NCBI RefSeq assembly: GCF_001186125.1
Contig: NW_014040332.1
Location: 1-35,676 of the forward strand
Reading direction: 5' to 3'
DNA from: Sphaeroforma arctica JP610
Taxonomy: Eukaryota
Length of the DNA: 35,676 nucleotides
The notes under the pieces were generated by a model. The model did no database searches and was not told where the DNA came from. It saw only the letters and a program-made list of their open reading frames with translations. Shown piece by piece: positions 9,920-23,169 of this stretch (the first letter of the stretch is position 1; each line of letters opens with the position of its first letter). A program made the position numbers and the translations under genes.

Positions 9920-12900
9920 TATGTATCGTTGCATGTGCATTCATGTCGGGCTCGTAAATCTCATGAACATTTCAGCTATGGCTGGCATCTGCGGCATACT
10001 GTGTGATCACATATCGACTGTCAGCCTAAGCTCAATATATTTGAAGGTTTGCCGCGGAAAGTAACCCCCCAAACCATAAATACATAGAGAGCGTTCAATT
10101 AGAATTACATGCGCAAATTTGATATTCTTGATAGTATCGTATGCTGCCCACTACATTGCAGAACTGCTAGTAAGCGATGCACTCGACTTGCGCTTCCTTT
10201 CATCTCCCCTCAACAGTTTCTCTTCTCCCAATTTTGCGTTTCACAGTTGAATATACGTACTCGAAGAAGCCATTGCCGCTGGAAGACAGAGCGGTCACAG
10301 GTATCTTGATTTGTATTGAGTGACTGTGTGTATGTGTCTGCTTTGCACCTACGTATCAACGGCAGAGTTCGCTATTGAGTTGGCAATAGGTACTTCTGAC
10401 TCATAATTACTACTCATATTAGAATCTGAGCGTGGCAATAGTAAGGCATGTTCTATATGCGTACGGTGTTGCGGCTTTGGCTTGGCACTTTAAAATGCCA
10501 TCGTGGCTGTTGTTGTCCTAATTGTTTATTAGTACTTAATGTTATAGTGATCACTGTTTCTTTCTTTCTTTCTGGGTAGCGCATGCAGTCTCATCGCCCT
10601 CTCCGCACTTCCAACCTGCAGGTTTTATTTACATCTGTATACTGAGCACCTGTATAGTTCACCATACTCAATACATAACTGAGCACCTGTATAATTCACC
10701 ATACCCAATACATATACCTGTCTATATTGAAATCACAAACTGATACCCGTACGTATTTAAGCACCGATCATTCTATCATGTCTATGTAGACATCCAGAAT
10801 CATTACGTGTTTGCGTATGCGGGCTTACTTGCTCATGTAAACACCCTCCCGATCTTGTTGAGGAGTTCTCAATTTGGTAGTCACTCTGGCTCAATATATG
10901 TGTATACTCGCCGAATCTGTACCTTAGTCAGTACGCTCAACTTATTGATTCTCTCTCCTCTGCCGATAAGATGGCAATTTGCAACCGTTCATATTAAGTC
11001 CAATAGCAATCATAATGTTAGGCTCGTTCCCCAAAGAAACAAGTTATCACTGCATTTTCTTCTCACGTGAGTAAGAGTGGATGAGTTCCATCCGTGTAAC
11101 TTGTAAGCAAACAATCTCAATCTTCTGCTCCTTAAATAGAATTGAGCAACTTTTCCGCGTCAGAACTGCAAGAGCTGGCGACTTGGCAATCGGATACGAT
11201 AAAAGGTGTGTTATTAGGGGGGCCTGTATTCTGTGACACAGTTTGTGTGATTGTAGCAGGTGTGTGAAAGTATAGAAATTATAGTTGAGATCAACCGGTA
11301 TGTGTACTCAAAACTATCTTATGGAGCTATTAAAGATATGTGCTATTATGGAAAGTTTTGAAAAGTTGTAGAAGGTATCTCCCAAAGTTCGTGTATGTGG
11401 AGTGAGGTCTGTATGCCCAAAAGGTTTGTATTAAAGTATTTAGATGACAGTATAATTTCGTGTACGAAGCTTGGTGTTTGTTTGTATTAGGGGCACGACG
11501 TCAGAATATCACATGCTGACGTGTGGTTTTGGGATGGGTTGAGCCCGTTCGGACTGGCGTATACTGAAAGTTGGGGAGCATTTACTGTTCGGGTGGTGTG
11601 ATACGCGATGTATGTATTTATCATAACTGTCAGTGTTATGATAATCGGGGGACGTTCTCTGCTCGAGTGGTTGTATGGTGATGTTTAAGTTTGCTGGCAT
11701 TGTGTGTTAATGTTTGGGTCATTTGTAGATGACAATGCATCATTTGCTATTGGCAAGCAGAAACATCGACAAGGATAGTGTGTATCATCAGTACCTGGCT
11801 GACAATTTTATTTTATTACTATTGTGAGCAGATGTATTCAGGATCAATCCAAACATTTCGAAGATTTGTCCAACAAACTGCCGTTCGGTGACTGTTGAAC
11901 GTCTAAAGTGTGCGTGGCTCATCATTAGTATGATCGAAGTCTCCAGCTAGTTTTTTGTACTCATCGAGTACATACATCGTAATCATGCGAACATTACGAA
12001 AAGAGTGACAGTGAGCTACATCTCGCATGTCATTGTACTAAACTCATGTATGAACTCCCTTTGTCTGTAGACCTCAGGGAGTACTTAGACAAGTCGCGCC
12101 GTCAAATGCAAATGCTGGTGGAAAAGATAGGGGCCGACCATCCCGAGACATTACTCGCTTTCACAGAAGGCGTGGGCAACTCTTGAGTAGAAGCAAGATA
12201 ATTAGGCGTAAAATACAAATAAATTAGATATCTTAGACGAAAAGTACCCTGTTTATTTGTTTATATTGAGCTTATTTTCTTCAGGTCTCTTGGTGATGTA
12301 CAACAAACGTCACGCTTACCAACACAGGCAGTGTAAGAGAGTGAGGTTAAAAGGTGTCATAACAGAAGGATGATTACTTTCAGCAGCTGTATGGCTCGAG
12401 AAATATTTGAGTCATAGTTGAAAAAAACGATCTCTTGCTGTGAGCTGGTGACCCCGATTAGCTCGTGATGGTTTCCTTCTGGGGTATACAATGACGACTA
12501 TGGTATGAGAGGTGAATAAGAATCTTATTTTGCTATTTAATAATCTCATACCATGTCATATACTGACTGACGATCTTGATATTGCTTGCTGGATCAAGAT
12601 GTACACCCAAACCTAATCATGCAATAGCAATATCGACGATGGCAGTGTTCTTGTTTGTTATTTACATGATCATACGATCACCCAAAAAAAAATATCACTT
12701 TGCTTCTGTATCTAGTCTTCTTTCTACACGTTCGACCCCCGTATTGGCGTCGTGGCTCACTTATTTGAGTAAAAATGATAAACCGTTCTCGGATACCTGC
12801 TAGGGCTGCTTTGTCAATTGCGGCAGGTACATACGTGCGGTTTCGCCATGTGCTCGGTTTTATCTACCAAGCGGCAAGATAATGGGGCGATTTCTGGTTC

Positions 12901-13004
12901 ATTAAACTACGACCGAGCCCCAAAGCCCTAAATTATCTTGTGGTCTTCATCAGCGCGATTAATATGGTCTATAAATTTAGAAGTCAGTTTAAGTCACGAG
13001 TGCC

Positions 13005-13036
<32 letters not shown>

Positions 13037-16000
13037 GATGTGTGTGTGTATATATATTTGTATGTATGTATGTATGCATATACATCTACTATATATATGT
13101 GTATCCTTGTTCCTACTTCGTCAGACCCTGAACTTTATCGTCCCACAGGCAAAAACATCAACAACATGATGACTAGTTCGGTACGATATCTCCGTCAGTT
13201 TATTCGCTTGCTGGTGGCTATTCTGCACTGTATATACCTCTGGTTTCTAATCGGCACTCGTTGACATTTACGTGCTCTCTTCTTCCGATACGACGTGCCT
13301 AGGCTAACCCCACGACAAAAACGTTTACTCGACAAGCTACTTTCCGGCTTTAAATGTATGTTGGTATTGCTTTGTAGGCCTTGCAGTCGCAAGGAAAGAA
13401 TCCAAAAGACCCCAAAGCTGATAATATATTCTTTTTCAGTGTTGGTAGGCATGCAATCACGGTTGTATATGTTGCGCTGGGTGAGATACTACAACTACGA
13501 GCCTCAGACCAGATTTTACAGCAGGGAAACTCTTTGATTTATGAATAACATTGGAGTTAGCTCACTCCCGAGAGCAAATCAAGTTCCTTTCCCAAAAGTT
13601 GACTACATTTATTTTCCAACCCCCGAAAGCTGATTCAATATTTATTTTTCGACCAACTTCCGAGGGTTGGTTAAGTTTCTTATCTACAACAACTTAAAAA
13701 TGGTTGCTCCCCTATGTGAGTCACGGCTTTTGCCAAATACCATTATATGACTAGCGTAAAATTGAGTGAGAAGTCGAAATAGAATAGTATCAAAGTGTTA
13801 TAGTGTTCTGCTAAAGGCGTCGCATACTGACCATAATAAGGTTTCGCCCTGGCCAACCTAAGTGATTGAACAGATAACACAAACACCCTATAAAACCAAG
13901 AACAAAGTCTCTAAATGTGGAAAAGTCACTAAATGTACATTCACCCATTTTACTGATGGAAACGTACGGAAATATCAATACAATATGTGCAAGTGTACAT
14001 TTAGCGACAATTACATTTTTTTAATGTACATTTACTAACTTCATCGTGCAAAATTTGCTAACATTTACTTAAACCAAAGGTGATGTCATAATTATCTTAT
14101 TTAAAGTCCACCACGCTACACTCTTAAACACTGGGACAAACAACATTGGTAGTGGCTAGTGACACACCAACAGTTATCGCACCACGCTTGGCAAAGATGT
14201 TTACGATAGGTGTTTAGTTGTACTATTTTAGAATCACTACATCCGCCAAAATACTTTTAAAGCATTCAGTCCGACTATTTCCAAGATGAGATCTCGCAGA
14301 CACAAAACTACAGCACACATGTGTGAATAGTGAAGCGTTTTTGAATGCTATATAACTCGGCGTCATCTCTGCCCTAAATTGAACCGAATCGATTCGCCAA
14401 GGATGTCCGGCGCACAAAAAACAGGTACCCACCTACACTTTAAAGAAGCAGTTTTTACTTACGTAAAGTGTGCAGTCACCTGCAGTCTATCATCCGAGGC
14501 GTTACGAGATCGTTTCCAGTCTATCAGCCTGAACCCCATAACTTGTACTTTAAAGCTGGGAGACTCTATAATAGAAAGTAGGACGATTTGTGAATAAAAT
14601 AGTTTTCCACTTGCGATTTCGTCAACAGTCTCATATTCAAGATCTTCTTTATAAACTCATGTTGATCAAGGAGTGCAGCACCATCGGATGCACTACACAT
14701 TGTCAGGAAGTCTCTGTTTTATACAGCAACCCCTTCCCCCCCGCCTCAGCTTGAAGAATTCCAAAGTTGATTTATAAGTAGTTTTAATTACATAGTCTCG
14801 AAAAGCTCACATGAATTGTAGAAGAATAAATGAGAAATGGGGTTCGACCACATATTAAGGCAACATAATTTCTCATATATTTTGTTCACAGGCGAGGTAT
14901 ACTTAAAATTTATAAGTTACTCGGTTACTCTGCTACCTTTGTTGAGTTTAGGTCCCTGTAGTCCTGATGAACATAACGTACCTTTGACCTTCAGGAAGCA
15001 CATACATGCCATCGTTTTTAAAACTTGGATTGAATGATGCCTGAGGACATACCTTGACCTATACCAGGACGTTAAGTATGCAAAAAAGGTCACTCAGCAT
15101 CATCTTTTGATTTTGTATAGGAGTTTACGAAACTACTTAGTAAAAGCTTTCAATACATCTGAGTCATCAAACTACTGATGGTGGTAGATCGCATTGCGCC
15201 CCATCTGCGAACTACATGGTGTAGTATGTATTTTTATGTTTATAACGATGTGGTGAACGCTATCCACAAGGATTTAATCACCCACGAGGCCCAAGGTTCC
15301 GGAACGCTCATCACTGCAGAGCTAATCTACCGGTTCATCATGCTTCACGATGAATACAGTGAGAGACTACAGAAGTAGACGTATTTCTATATACGTTGAT
15401 AACGGTTTACGTCGTCAGCCCGAGAGTAGCTTGAGGCTTGCTTTCAAATTAATATACGTATAGGTGGGTCAGCCCGAGAGAAGTAATTTGAGACCTCTTC
15501 TCAGACTATTCTATTTATAGGACACGGGCCACCGGTTTGAGAGTTGTTCTTTTATTTCTAGAAAATACATCCGAGTGCTAAAGTGTTCTGCATAAGGTTT
15601 CTCTTACTGATCATGTGAGTTTTTACCCTGGCCAACCCAAGTGGTTGAACACTAGTACAACCACCATCAGTATATAATTGAGGGTGAGATCATAAATAAA
15701 TTCAAACGCACAATACTTTAGAAACACTAGCACTTTTCCACATTGCACGTTATCAAACGTAGCGACCAGTGACGTCAATTTTCTGCGTGCATGAGTAGTG
15801 ATTTAAATCTAGACACAGCAAAGAGGTAGATAGATTTATCATGAGTTGCGCCCACCGAAAAAGACAGTTGAATGACGGCCTCATTTTGTGGCTGTAATTT
15901 TGCCGAAAGGAACGTTGAAGAGCTGTCCAGATGAATCTCGTCAGAAGGAAATAAAGTGCTACTCTGAGGACGATCTCCGGCGTTCAAATTGTAGATACTG

Positions 16001-18949
16001 TACCATGGTGAAATATTACGAAATGGTTTCTGACAACAGGCGCGAGGTTGGCTTAAGGTGATAGGTGCCACTACAATCAAGTGTGATGGCTTCAAGAAGA
16101 GCAACTGAGCCTGCAATATGTTTAGTGCAAATCGAGGCAGGGTAGAAGACTTGGTTTCCGAGGAACATAAAGTGGACAACATCAATGGCAACTCTGGTCT
16201 GAGTTTCTTGATGACGAGTTAGATCAACGGTAAGGACTCGGTGATACGCATATATACAAACTAACAAGCCATGAGAACCCTGACACCCAGAAGTCCCAAG
16301 TACTATTCGAAACCCTACTAGGAGGAGTGATCGGCCGCCGTTGTCGATTACACAACTCACAGTTTAATTCAAGGGCGACGACTAAAAGAGTGACGAGTTT
16401 GCTGGGAAATGCTGTATGCCTAAGCGTTCTAAGAGACCTTCTAAAAAGGCAAACACTGAAGTGAAGTTCTCGTTTTGTTTTTTTTCTGACAAGGTCTTCT
16501 GCTAGAAACAAATACTGAGCCGACAAGGATGACTTAGGGCCGTATCTGAAACAATCCATCTCGTCCGTATCTGAAACAATACATCTCGTCATAGACCCAG
16601 ACTATTAGAGCTTGTATTTGGCGATAATATGTATGTTGTATAAATTCAAAGCACCGTATGTATTGAATATCTCGCTGATGGTCTATCTAGTGAGTGTGTT
16701 CATAAAAACAATTCATGTTCAAGATGATTATTCGTGTGTTAGCTACACAACAATGTCGATGAGTGTGTGTAGGCGGATTTCCCGCTATTGTTGATCGATT
16801 GCGAAAGGGATTCCCAAAGTCCCAATACTCTTGTAAGTAGTATAATATTAATGAAAGTGTATAATTGTGTGTAAGTGTGGTGTCCTGTGAGTATGTACGT
16901 TGATTGGACGTTTTGGTTGATTCAAAGTATGTGCATGCAATGGAACTATTTATCTATTGTACATTATGAATATCTATGTGTATACTAGTTTATTATCGTC
17001 GTGTAATTATACGTTAGTGTGAATATATTATTCACTTGAGTAGCCCTGTATTTACAATTTTCATTCAATTGTTCTAATTTTATACTGTCGACTCTATCCC
17101 ATTGAATATGTAGTTAAACTCTATACAAGTATACATCAATGTGATTTATTTGTGTCGTAATATTTGTGGAACTATGGTATTGCAAAGTTATTTAATTTTG
17201 TAATTCACTATCAAATTTGAGAATAAGCTTATGGATTGTCAGTTATATCTGTGGGGCGTCCATGAATTTCGTCTATACTCCTTGTGGAGCACATATAGCG
17301 TTTCTAATATACAAAATGATACATATTCATATATAGCTACTATGTCAATATGTGCGGGACTATAAATTCCTTGTCATCTCAGTGTAGCGTGTATTGTTCC
17401 AGTGTAATCTATATTTTAGTCTACGTTATTACTATATCTACAGTATAATATAGGTATCCTTCATTATATTATAAACATCCTCCACTATATTATGAACTTT
17501 CTGAATGCTATTTCATTTTACTTTAAAAATAAATGTGCGGCGAATGTCTGCCCAAATGTCTATACATGTGTGTATGTCGAATTTTTGTATATATTTGAAA
17601 TTTATCTATAGATTTCGTTTGAAATCCGTATATTTGTATTATAGCCCTCATCTTTGTGAACGTATGATCAATAATTCTTGTATAATGAAATAAAGCAAAA
17701 TATATTCTGTTATTTATGCCTGCATAGCATGAATTGTTATTGATGTATCAAGATTGACATTATTTTTATACTTTACTGATTGTTGTTTATGTACAAATCT
17801 GTATCATATGCTATTATTATATTAGTGAGTATTGTAATCTGAATATTTACATCCNNNNNNNNNNNNNNNNNNNNNNNNNNNNNNNNNNNNNNNNNNNNNN
17901 NNNNNNNNNNNNNNNNNNNNNNNNNNNNNNNNNNNNNNNNNNNNNNNNNNNNNNNNNNNNNNNNNNNNNNNNNNNNNNNNNNNNNNNNNNNNNNNNNNNN
18001 NNNNNNNNNNNNNNNNNNNNNNNNNNNNNNNNNNNNNNNNNNNNNNNNNNNNNNNNNNNNNNNNNNNNNNNNNNNNNNNNNNNNNNNNNNNNNNNNNNNN
18101 NNNNNNNNNNNNNNNNNNNNNNNNNNNNNNNNNNNNNNNNNNNNNNNNNNNNNNNNNNNNNNNAACTACCACTACCAATACGGTAAGTCTTGGCAGTGTG
18201 ATACTTCGCAGAACAAATTTTGCATATTCGTGCTTTTCCTTGGCGCTTGTATTCACTTCGATTCCTCGTACGTCGACCCTTTTTATGTCCTCGATGACCA
18301 GGATTGTTTGAGGGATATACCTGACATAATTTGCTCTCGATATCGAGTTCATTTGGAATTTGAAGAGTCGCCGAATACTGCTTCACGTATGTCTTGACAT
18401 GAAATACAGGGCTGTACCTGGATAATTAAAACAATGGTGGAAATATAGTGAATTTTCTTTAGCAATGAGCTAGCATTGAGCTATTGAGTATCGGCGTTCA
18501 AATTTACATACATTGGATCGGGTCTTATATATACATATATGTGAAAAAAAGTAAAAGCAAGTGACTTATCATTTCTCATCTTGTAGGTTGTACTTTTCTT
18601 TGAATTTATCATACTCCCGGGAATTGCCCAATGCTAATGTCATCAGAGTTCTGCCTCCGTGTACACATAGCCTTCCCAACGCTTCTCAACGTAAGCATGC
18701 GCAAACCGATAAACTTAGAGTGTGTGACATAAACCGTCCATTAATGTCAATTCTGCCTACAGTAGTGTAAAATCTGGCTGGCTATTAACATGCTTGACAA
18801 CGCAAAACAAAACAGAATCATTAGACACGTTCCATTAGACTTCAACGTTACCGAATACCGACCATGAACGGGTTCGTCTCTCAAGTCTTGAACAGTTGCC
18901 ATGACATGGTCCTTTGAAACTGTAGTAATCCCATGCAGAATTGTCATAC

Positions 18950-19358
18950 ATCAGTGGTAATTCGAGAGTTCGGGTCCCGACAAACCTCCTGCCAGCGTGC
19001 CTGCCGCCGGCCACGTGGGTCATCCGCAAAGAACTCACGGAGCCACAGGTTTGAAAGTGCCTGATGGTCAGTGAAGATTGCGATAGGGTGATGAGAGTTG
19101 CCAAACACCGCCCAATGCTTCCGAAGACCGTACTCCTGCGCAAGCCACTCCTTGTTAGCAACATGATAGGGAGGAAAAATACGGCACTGGCCAGAGTTCC
19201 CCTTTTCTCAGCACATAGATCGCACCACCAAGGCCGATATGCTCACAAGCATCAGTGAACTGGTAAAGCTGTTCACCCGGCTCTGGCGTAGCAAGGACCG
19301 CACATTGCTTCAGACTCTCGTAGATTAAATCAAACGCGGCTTGCTGGTCAGCACCCAT
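18950..19358 (-). pseudogene. Ty3-type RNase H remnant
   Basis: QQAAFDLIYESLKQCAVLATP...FTDACEHIGLGGAI...PVPYFS, then after a frameshift NKEWLAQEYGLRKH...IAIFTDHQALSNL...RRQARW. Confidence 0.85.
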
Positions 19359-19399
19359 GGCTGATATTGGTTTCAGAATCTTAGAGAACCCATCAATAT

Positions 19400-19960
19400 A
19401 TCGTTGTCAGAAAGCCACAGTGTGGTACCAAGATCGCACACGGTCCTGGCTGTCGGGACGGTCAACTTCAAGGAGTGCTGCTAACCGATCAGCTGAGATC
19501 GTGACGCCCTGATGGCTGTACCAGCGCCCCAAGATCTTCACATGCCGCTTATAGTATCTAATACACGCCTTTGACAGACCTACTGGATATCATATTTGTC
19601 GCACCGTTCAAAGAATGCAATAAGGTGATCCCAATGCTCCGAGGCGTCCACAGAGGAGATTACGATGTTATCAATATACCATTTGATACCCTGTAAACCG
19701 TCAAACAGGCGATCCAGGGTTTCTTGGCGAAGCTCGTGCAATACCGCCAGTCGTCCACGGTCTGAGGAGTAACCCGCGGGTTCTTCGGTACCAATAAAGA
19801 CTTCGTGGACCAGAGAATCTCCTCATTCTCTTGTTTTGCAACGATGCTCTGCTTGACCAGGTCATCAATCTTGCCCTTCATAGCCACCATCTCAGGGTGA
19901 TCGAGGGGTAGGTTCTCCTGACTACGGACTCTACCGGGTAGAGCTTGATTGGGTCAACCT
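19400..19960 (-). pseudogene. Reverse transcriptase remnant with internal deletion
   Basis: KIDDLVKQSIV...WSTKSLLVPK...WRYCTSF, then GIKWYIDNIVISS...EHWDHL (YxDD degraded to YIDN at 19667-19678), then ILGRWYSHQGVTISADRL. The motifs between WRYC and YIDN are missing. Confidence 0.8.
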
Positions 19961-21195
19961 TCATGATCCTGTGCTTCTGCTTTTCATAGGTTCGTCCCTC
20001 AATCAAGGCTTCCAGTTGTGCCAGGTCCGATTCAGACTTGCTAGCTTCCTTGGCCAGCTGGCGTAATCCAGAACGGTCAAACTCTAAACATTTGTTTGCA
20101 CGCCGATCACAGTCCTCGATCTCAGGCTTATCTGAGTCATCGAGGACATGATTTGGGAGATCGATACGATTGACCATATCTGGCAAGCGAGGAGGAATAC
20201 CCCTTCCACAACCTTGGCTTGCGGGATGACTTTCGCCGGGACAGAGTCCTGCTCAGTATGCTCCTCACGTGTCACGCGCCTCTTCTCCGCCCTTGCTAAT
20301 AGCAAGGCCCGAAGGTCTTGGACTTCTACACCGGAGGCGCCTCCTGTGGAGGTCACCCCGAGTGAGCCATTTGGCAGAGAGGTCGTAGGGGACTTAGGTC
20401 CACTAGTCACCGCTTGCGTTGGTCTCGGGACACGCTGGCCATGAGCCCCCGTCTTTTCATCGGTTCAAGTAGGCCCGCTTGCGGGTACCCTACGAAAAGA
20501 ACCGGTCGGAGGTTTTGCCATGGCGGACTTAGGTCCACCATTCGCCACCCGCGTAGACATCGTGAACGACTCATGCGTAGCATTGTCATTCCTAGCTGTC
20601 GCCTTCTTTCGTCTGGCCGGATAGGGACGCTTGTTATGCGCCCTAGGCCGGCTCATGGACTCTGTACTAGGAACAGAATCAGTATCATCCGACGAATCGG
20701 ATAACAGGCTCCTGCAGGATTGCTCACTGCTGTCGTCACTTGCATCCTTCCGAGCCGTTGGAATCGGACGCCTCAGAGACACTGGTCAACGGACGATAAC
20801 CCATAGTGGGCCATGTTATGTTCTCGTCACTCGAGATATCAGAGTCCGACATAATATCCCGACAGTCGTCATCCCCAGACGACACTTCAGACGCCGAACT
20901 TGCCGCAGTGGGCTGCAAAGTACTGTCCTCAGTAGAACTATCGCTATCCACACTGCTGCGAAAACGCTCGTTGACTCCACCAGCCACACGCTCTAATGGT
21001 CGACGCGGCTTATGCCGCTTCTTCATCACCTTCTTGCCCCGCGCCCGCGGTTTCTACTATCGGAACAAGCAATAGCTTGACTTGCGGGCTCAAAGGAACA
21101 TTTGTATCCTTAAGCCACGACCCCTTAATGGCTGACTGAGGTACTAAGATCAGCTCACAAACCCTAAAAACATCTGGTCATACCCAATGAGTATG

Positions 21196-21483
21196 TCACA
21201 GCCCATAGATATGTCTTCCACGACATAAAAAGGGTGGCCTTCTGCTAACGCATATGCTTCCCCAAGGATGACCAAATATCAAAGCTTCCAAGTCATCCCA
21301 TGGCACTGAAAACTTGGGAGCCAACGTCCTTATGCCATCTATTCCTTCCAATGGTGGCTCTGCATACCTGTCCCTGGGTGTCACACCGAGCTTCTCAAGC
21401 ATGCGGTTCGTCACAAGGTTGAACGTGCAACCCGAATCCGCATATGCCCACGTGTGAACAGCGCCAACTATTGCAGGAACCAC
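21196..21483 (-). pseudogene. Retropepsin-like aspartic protease remnant
   Basis: AYADSGCTFNLVT (DSG motif) ... GIDG ... LIFGHPW. Confidence 0.8.
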
Positions 21484-22302
21484 CGCACCATTTCATTTGC
21501 GACGCGGCATTTTCTTTGAAGCAGCGCCTGCCGACTTTCCATAACGTGGGCAGCCCTCGACCGTGTGTTTCGTATTGTGACAAACTGTATAATATAGGTC
21601 ACTTTCCGACTCCGACGACTCGGAATACGCCCTGTCTTCACTACAGCCCCCTCTATTCTTTCCACGCCCCCGCGAGCGCTTCTGGTCCTTCCCAGAACGT
21701 GAATGCGAACGCCCTCTGCACGAGCCGTCATCCTAAAAACGCGACTTCCGAGGCTTGGAATAACGCTCATGCCTGTCCTTCTTGTGATACCGCCCCGGAT
21801 TTCGCTCTCTCAGAGATCGAGAGCGTGGGCTCGACCACCGGCCTCGATTGCGATATTCACTCCCATGCTTCTTCCGGTCCTTACGCGACTTATAAATCAA
21901 ATAATCAAGTTGCGCCTGCCATTGTTGCTGTTAGGGGTTCGGTTGCTGCTGCTGACCACCTCTTCCTTTGGTGTTCTTACCTCCGTGGTTACCACCACCA
22001 CCACCACCCGCTTGTTGGCCATTACCATTCTGCGGGCGCTTCGGCTGCTAGTTATTCACCCGCGCCTTGACCCTAGTACTAACTCCGTCCTCAATCTTAA
22101 TGAAATCGAACAAGGATGGGCCGTAAAGTGCCCATGATTGCTGGAGCCAACTGAGCAAGCGCGGCGGGCCTTGCTCAGCAAAGCCAGCTACAGAAAGAAC
22201 GTGCTGCGTGTTATTGATTACAGTAAACCAGGATTGTTTACCAAGCATAAAACTACGGTCAAACACCGGAGGCTTAACAAGGTTTATCCCAACATCAACC
22301 AA
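21484..22302 (-). pseudogene. gag remnant with a degenerate CCHC zinc knuckle
   Basis: In frame with the protease. A G/Q/R-rich region is followed by YTVCHNTKHTVEGC at 21550-21591, i.e. CX2CX4HX4C with the first C replaced by Y. Several in-frame stops. Confidence 0.65.
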
Positions 22303-23169
22303 GGAGAGAATCTAAACTTAGAGAGGGACACAGAAATATTACAGATGGAAATTAATCTCGGAGCCGAAGTGCCGGGAGTACGGAATCATCAATATCGAAA
22401 ATCTCTGATGGGCATAAGGGCATCCCTAAATATCGAAGGAGTACAATCTAAACGTATAAGGCCAAATATTATAATGGAAGCCACGATCAGTTGAAGACGT
22501 GGCGACGCTGCCTTTGGATTGAATCATAGATTAAACGAGAACCCTTTTCACCTTAAGAGGTGTCCTTTAATGGCTCAAGGATTACGAGTCCAATGCATAT
22601 AAAAGCAGGGACTCGAATCAAATAAATCACAACTATTCCCTTAAAACTTAAAACACTTTAAGATACTTTATTATCTGAGAACAACACGTGTTGCGAAAAA
22701 TGAGCGTAAACAACAATTCAACAACCACGATTTGCTCATTTATCTCACTCACTACTTTCTCTAATAGCTACTAATGTTGCCATTCGCCATTGCGAGTGCT
22801 GCATATGCCTTGTTGTTGCCTTTGCGAAGAACCATACAAAAACGAGAAACCTTTTCTGACATTCCGGTCGGCAGGCGTAAGACTACTAAGTCAATCGCTC
22901 GTGACGCCCTAGAATCCAGGGGCACCCCATTCGCTGATTGCGATGTCCCTGTTGCTGAGCTCGCCGTTGTCGATCCCTTCGTAGACAAACCAGACGTAAT
23001 TTCTTTTGCGAGACGTTCCTTCCGATAGCGGTAAGCCTTCTCCGTCATCAGACGACGCGCTACCTGCCTCATCTGTTGTCTCATTGCATCGTCTTCTTGA
23101 GCCTGCGCAAATTGCGCCTTCTCCGCTTCTGTCTGTGGTGCATCACCACTGCCGTTGCTATTCGTTTAT

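Larger units (their letters stand above)
18950..22302 (-). mobile_element. Degenerate Ty3/Gypsy-type LTR retrotransposon internal region (gag-PR-spacer-RT-RH), truncated before the integrase
   Basis: Domain order is zinc knuckle, DSG protease, RT, RNase H, with many stops and frameshifts. No LTR pair was found. Confidence 0.85.

Noticed and set aside
11750..13360. Scattered exon-like segments (e.g. DLREYLDKSRRQMQMLVEKIGADHPETLLAF near 12071-12170; 13125-13355)
   Set aside because: I could not build a consistent splice chain or recognise a domain, and one segment has an in-frame stop.
15775..16191. 138 aa minus-strand ORF
   Set aside because: No recognisable motif or supporting context.
21444..22494. 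Plus-strand ORFs of 208, 144 and 118 aa
   Set aside because: They lie antisense to the minus-strand gag region and have no recognisable motif.
22499..22512. TGGCGACGCTGCC as a primer-binding site
   Set aside because: It is on the wrong strand for the adjacent minus-strand element, and no LTR end (CA) precedes it.
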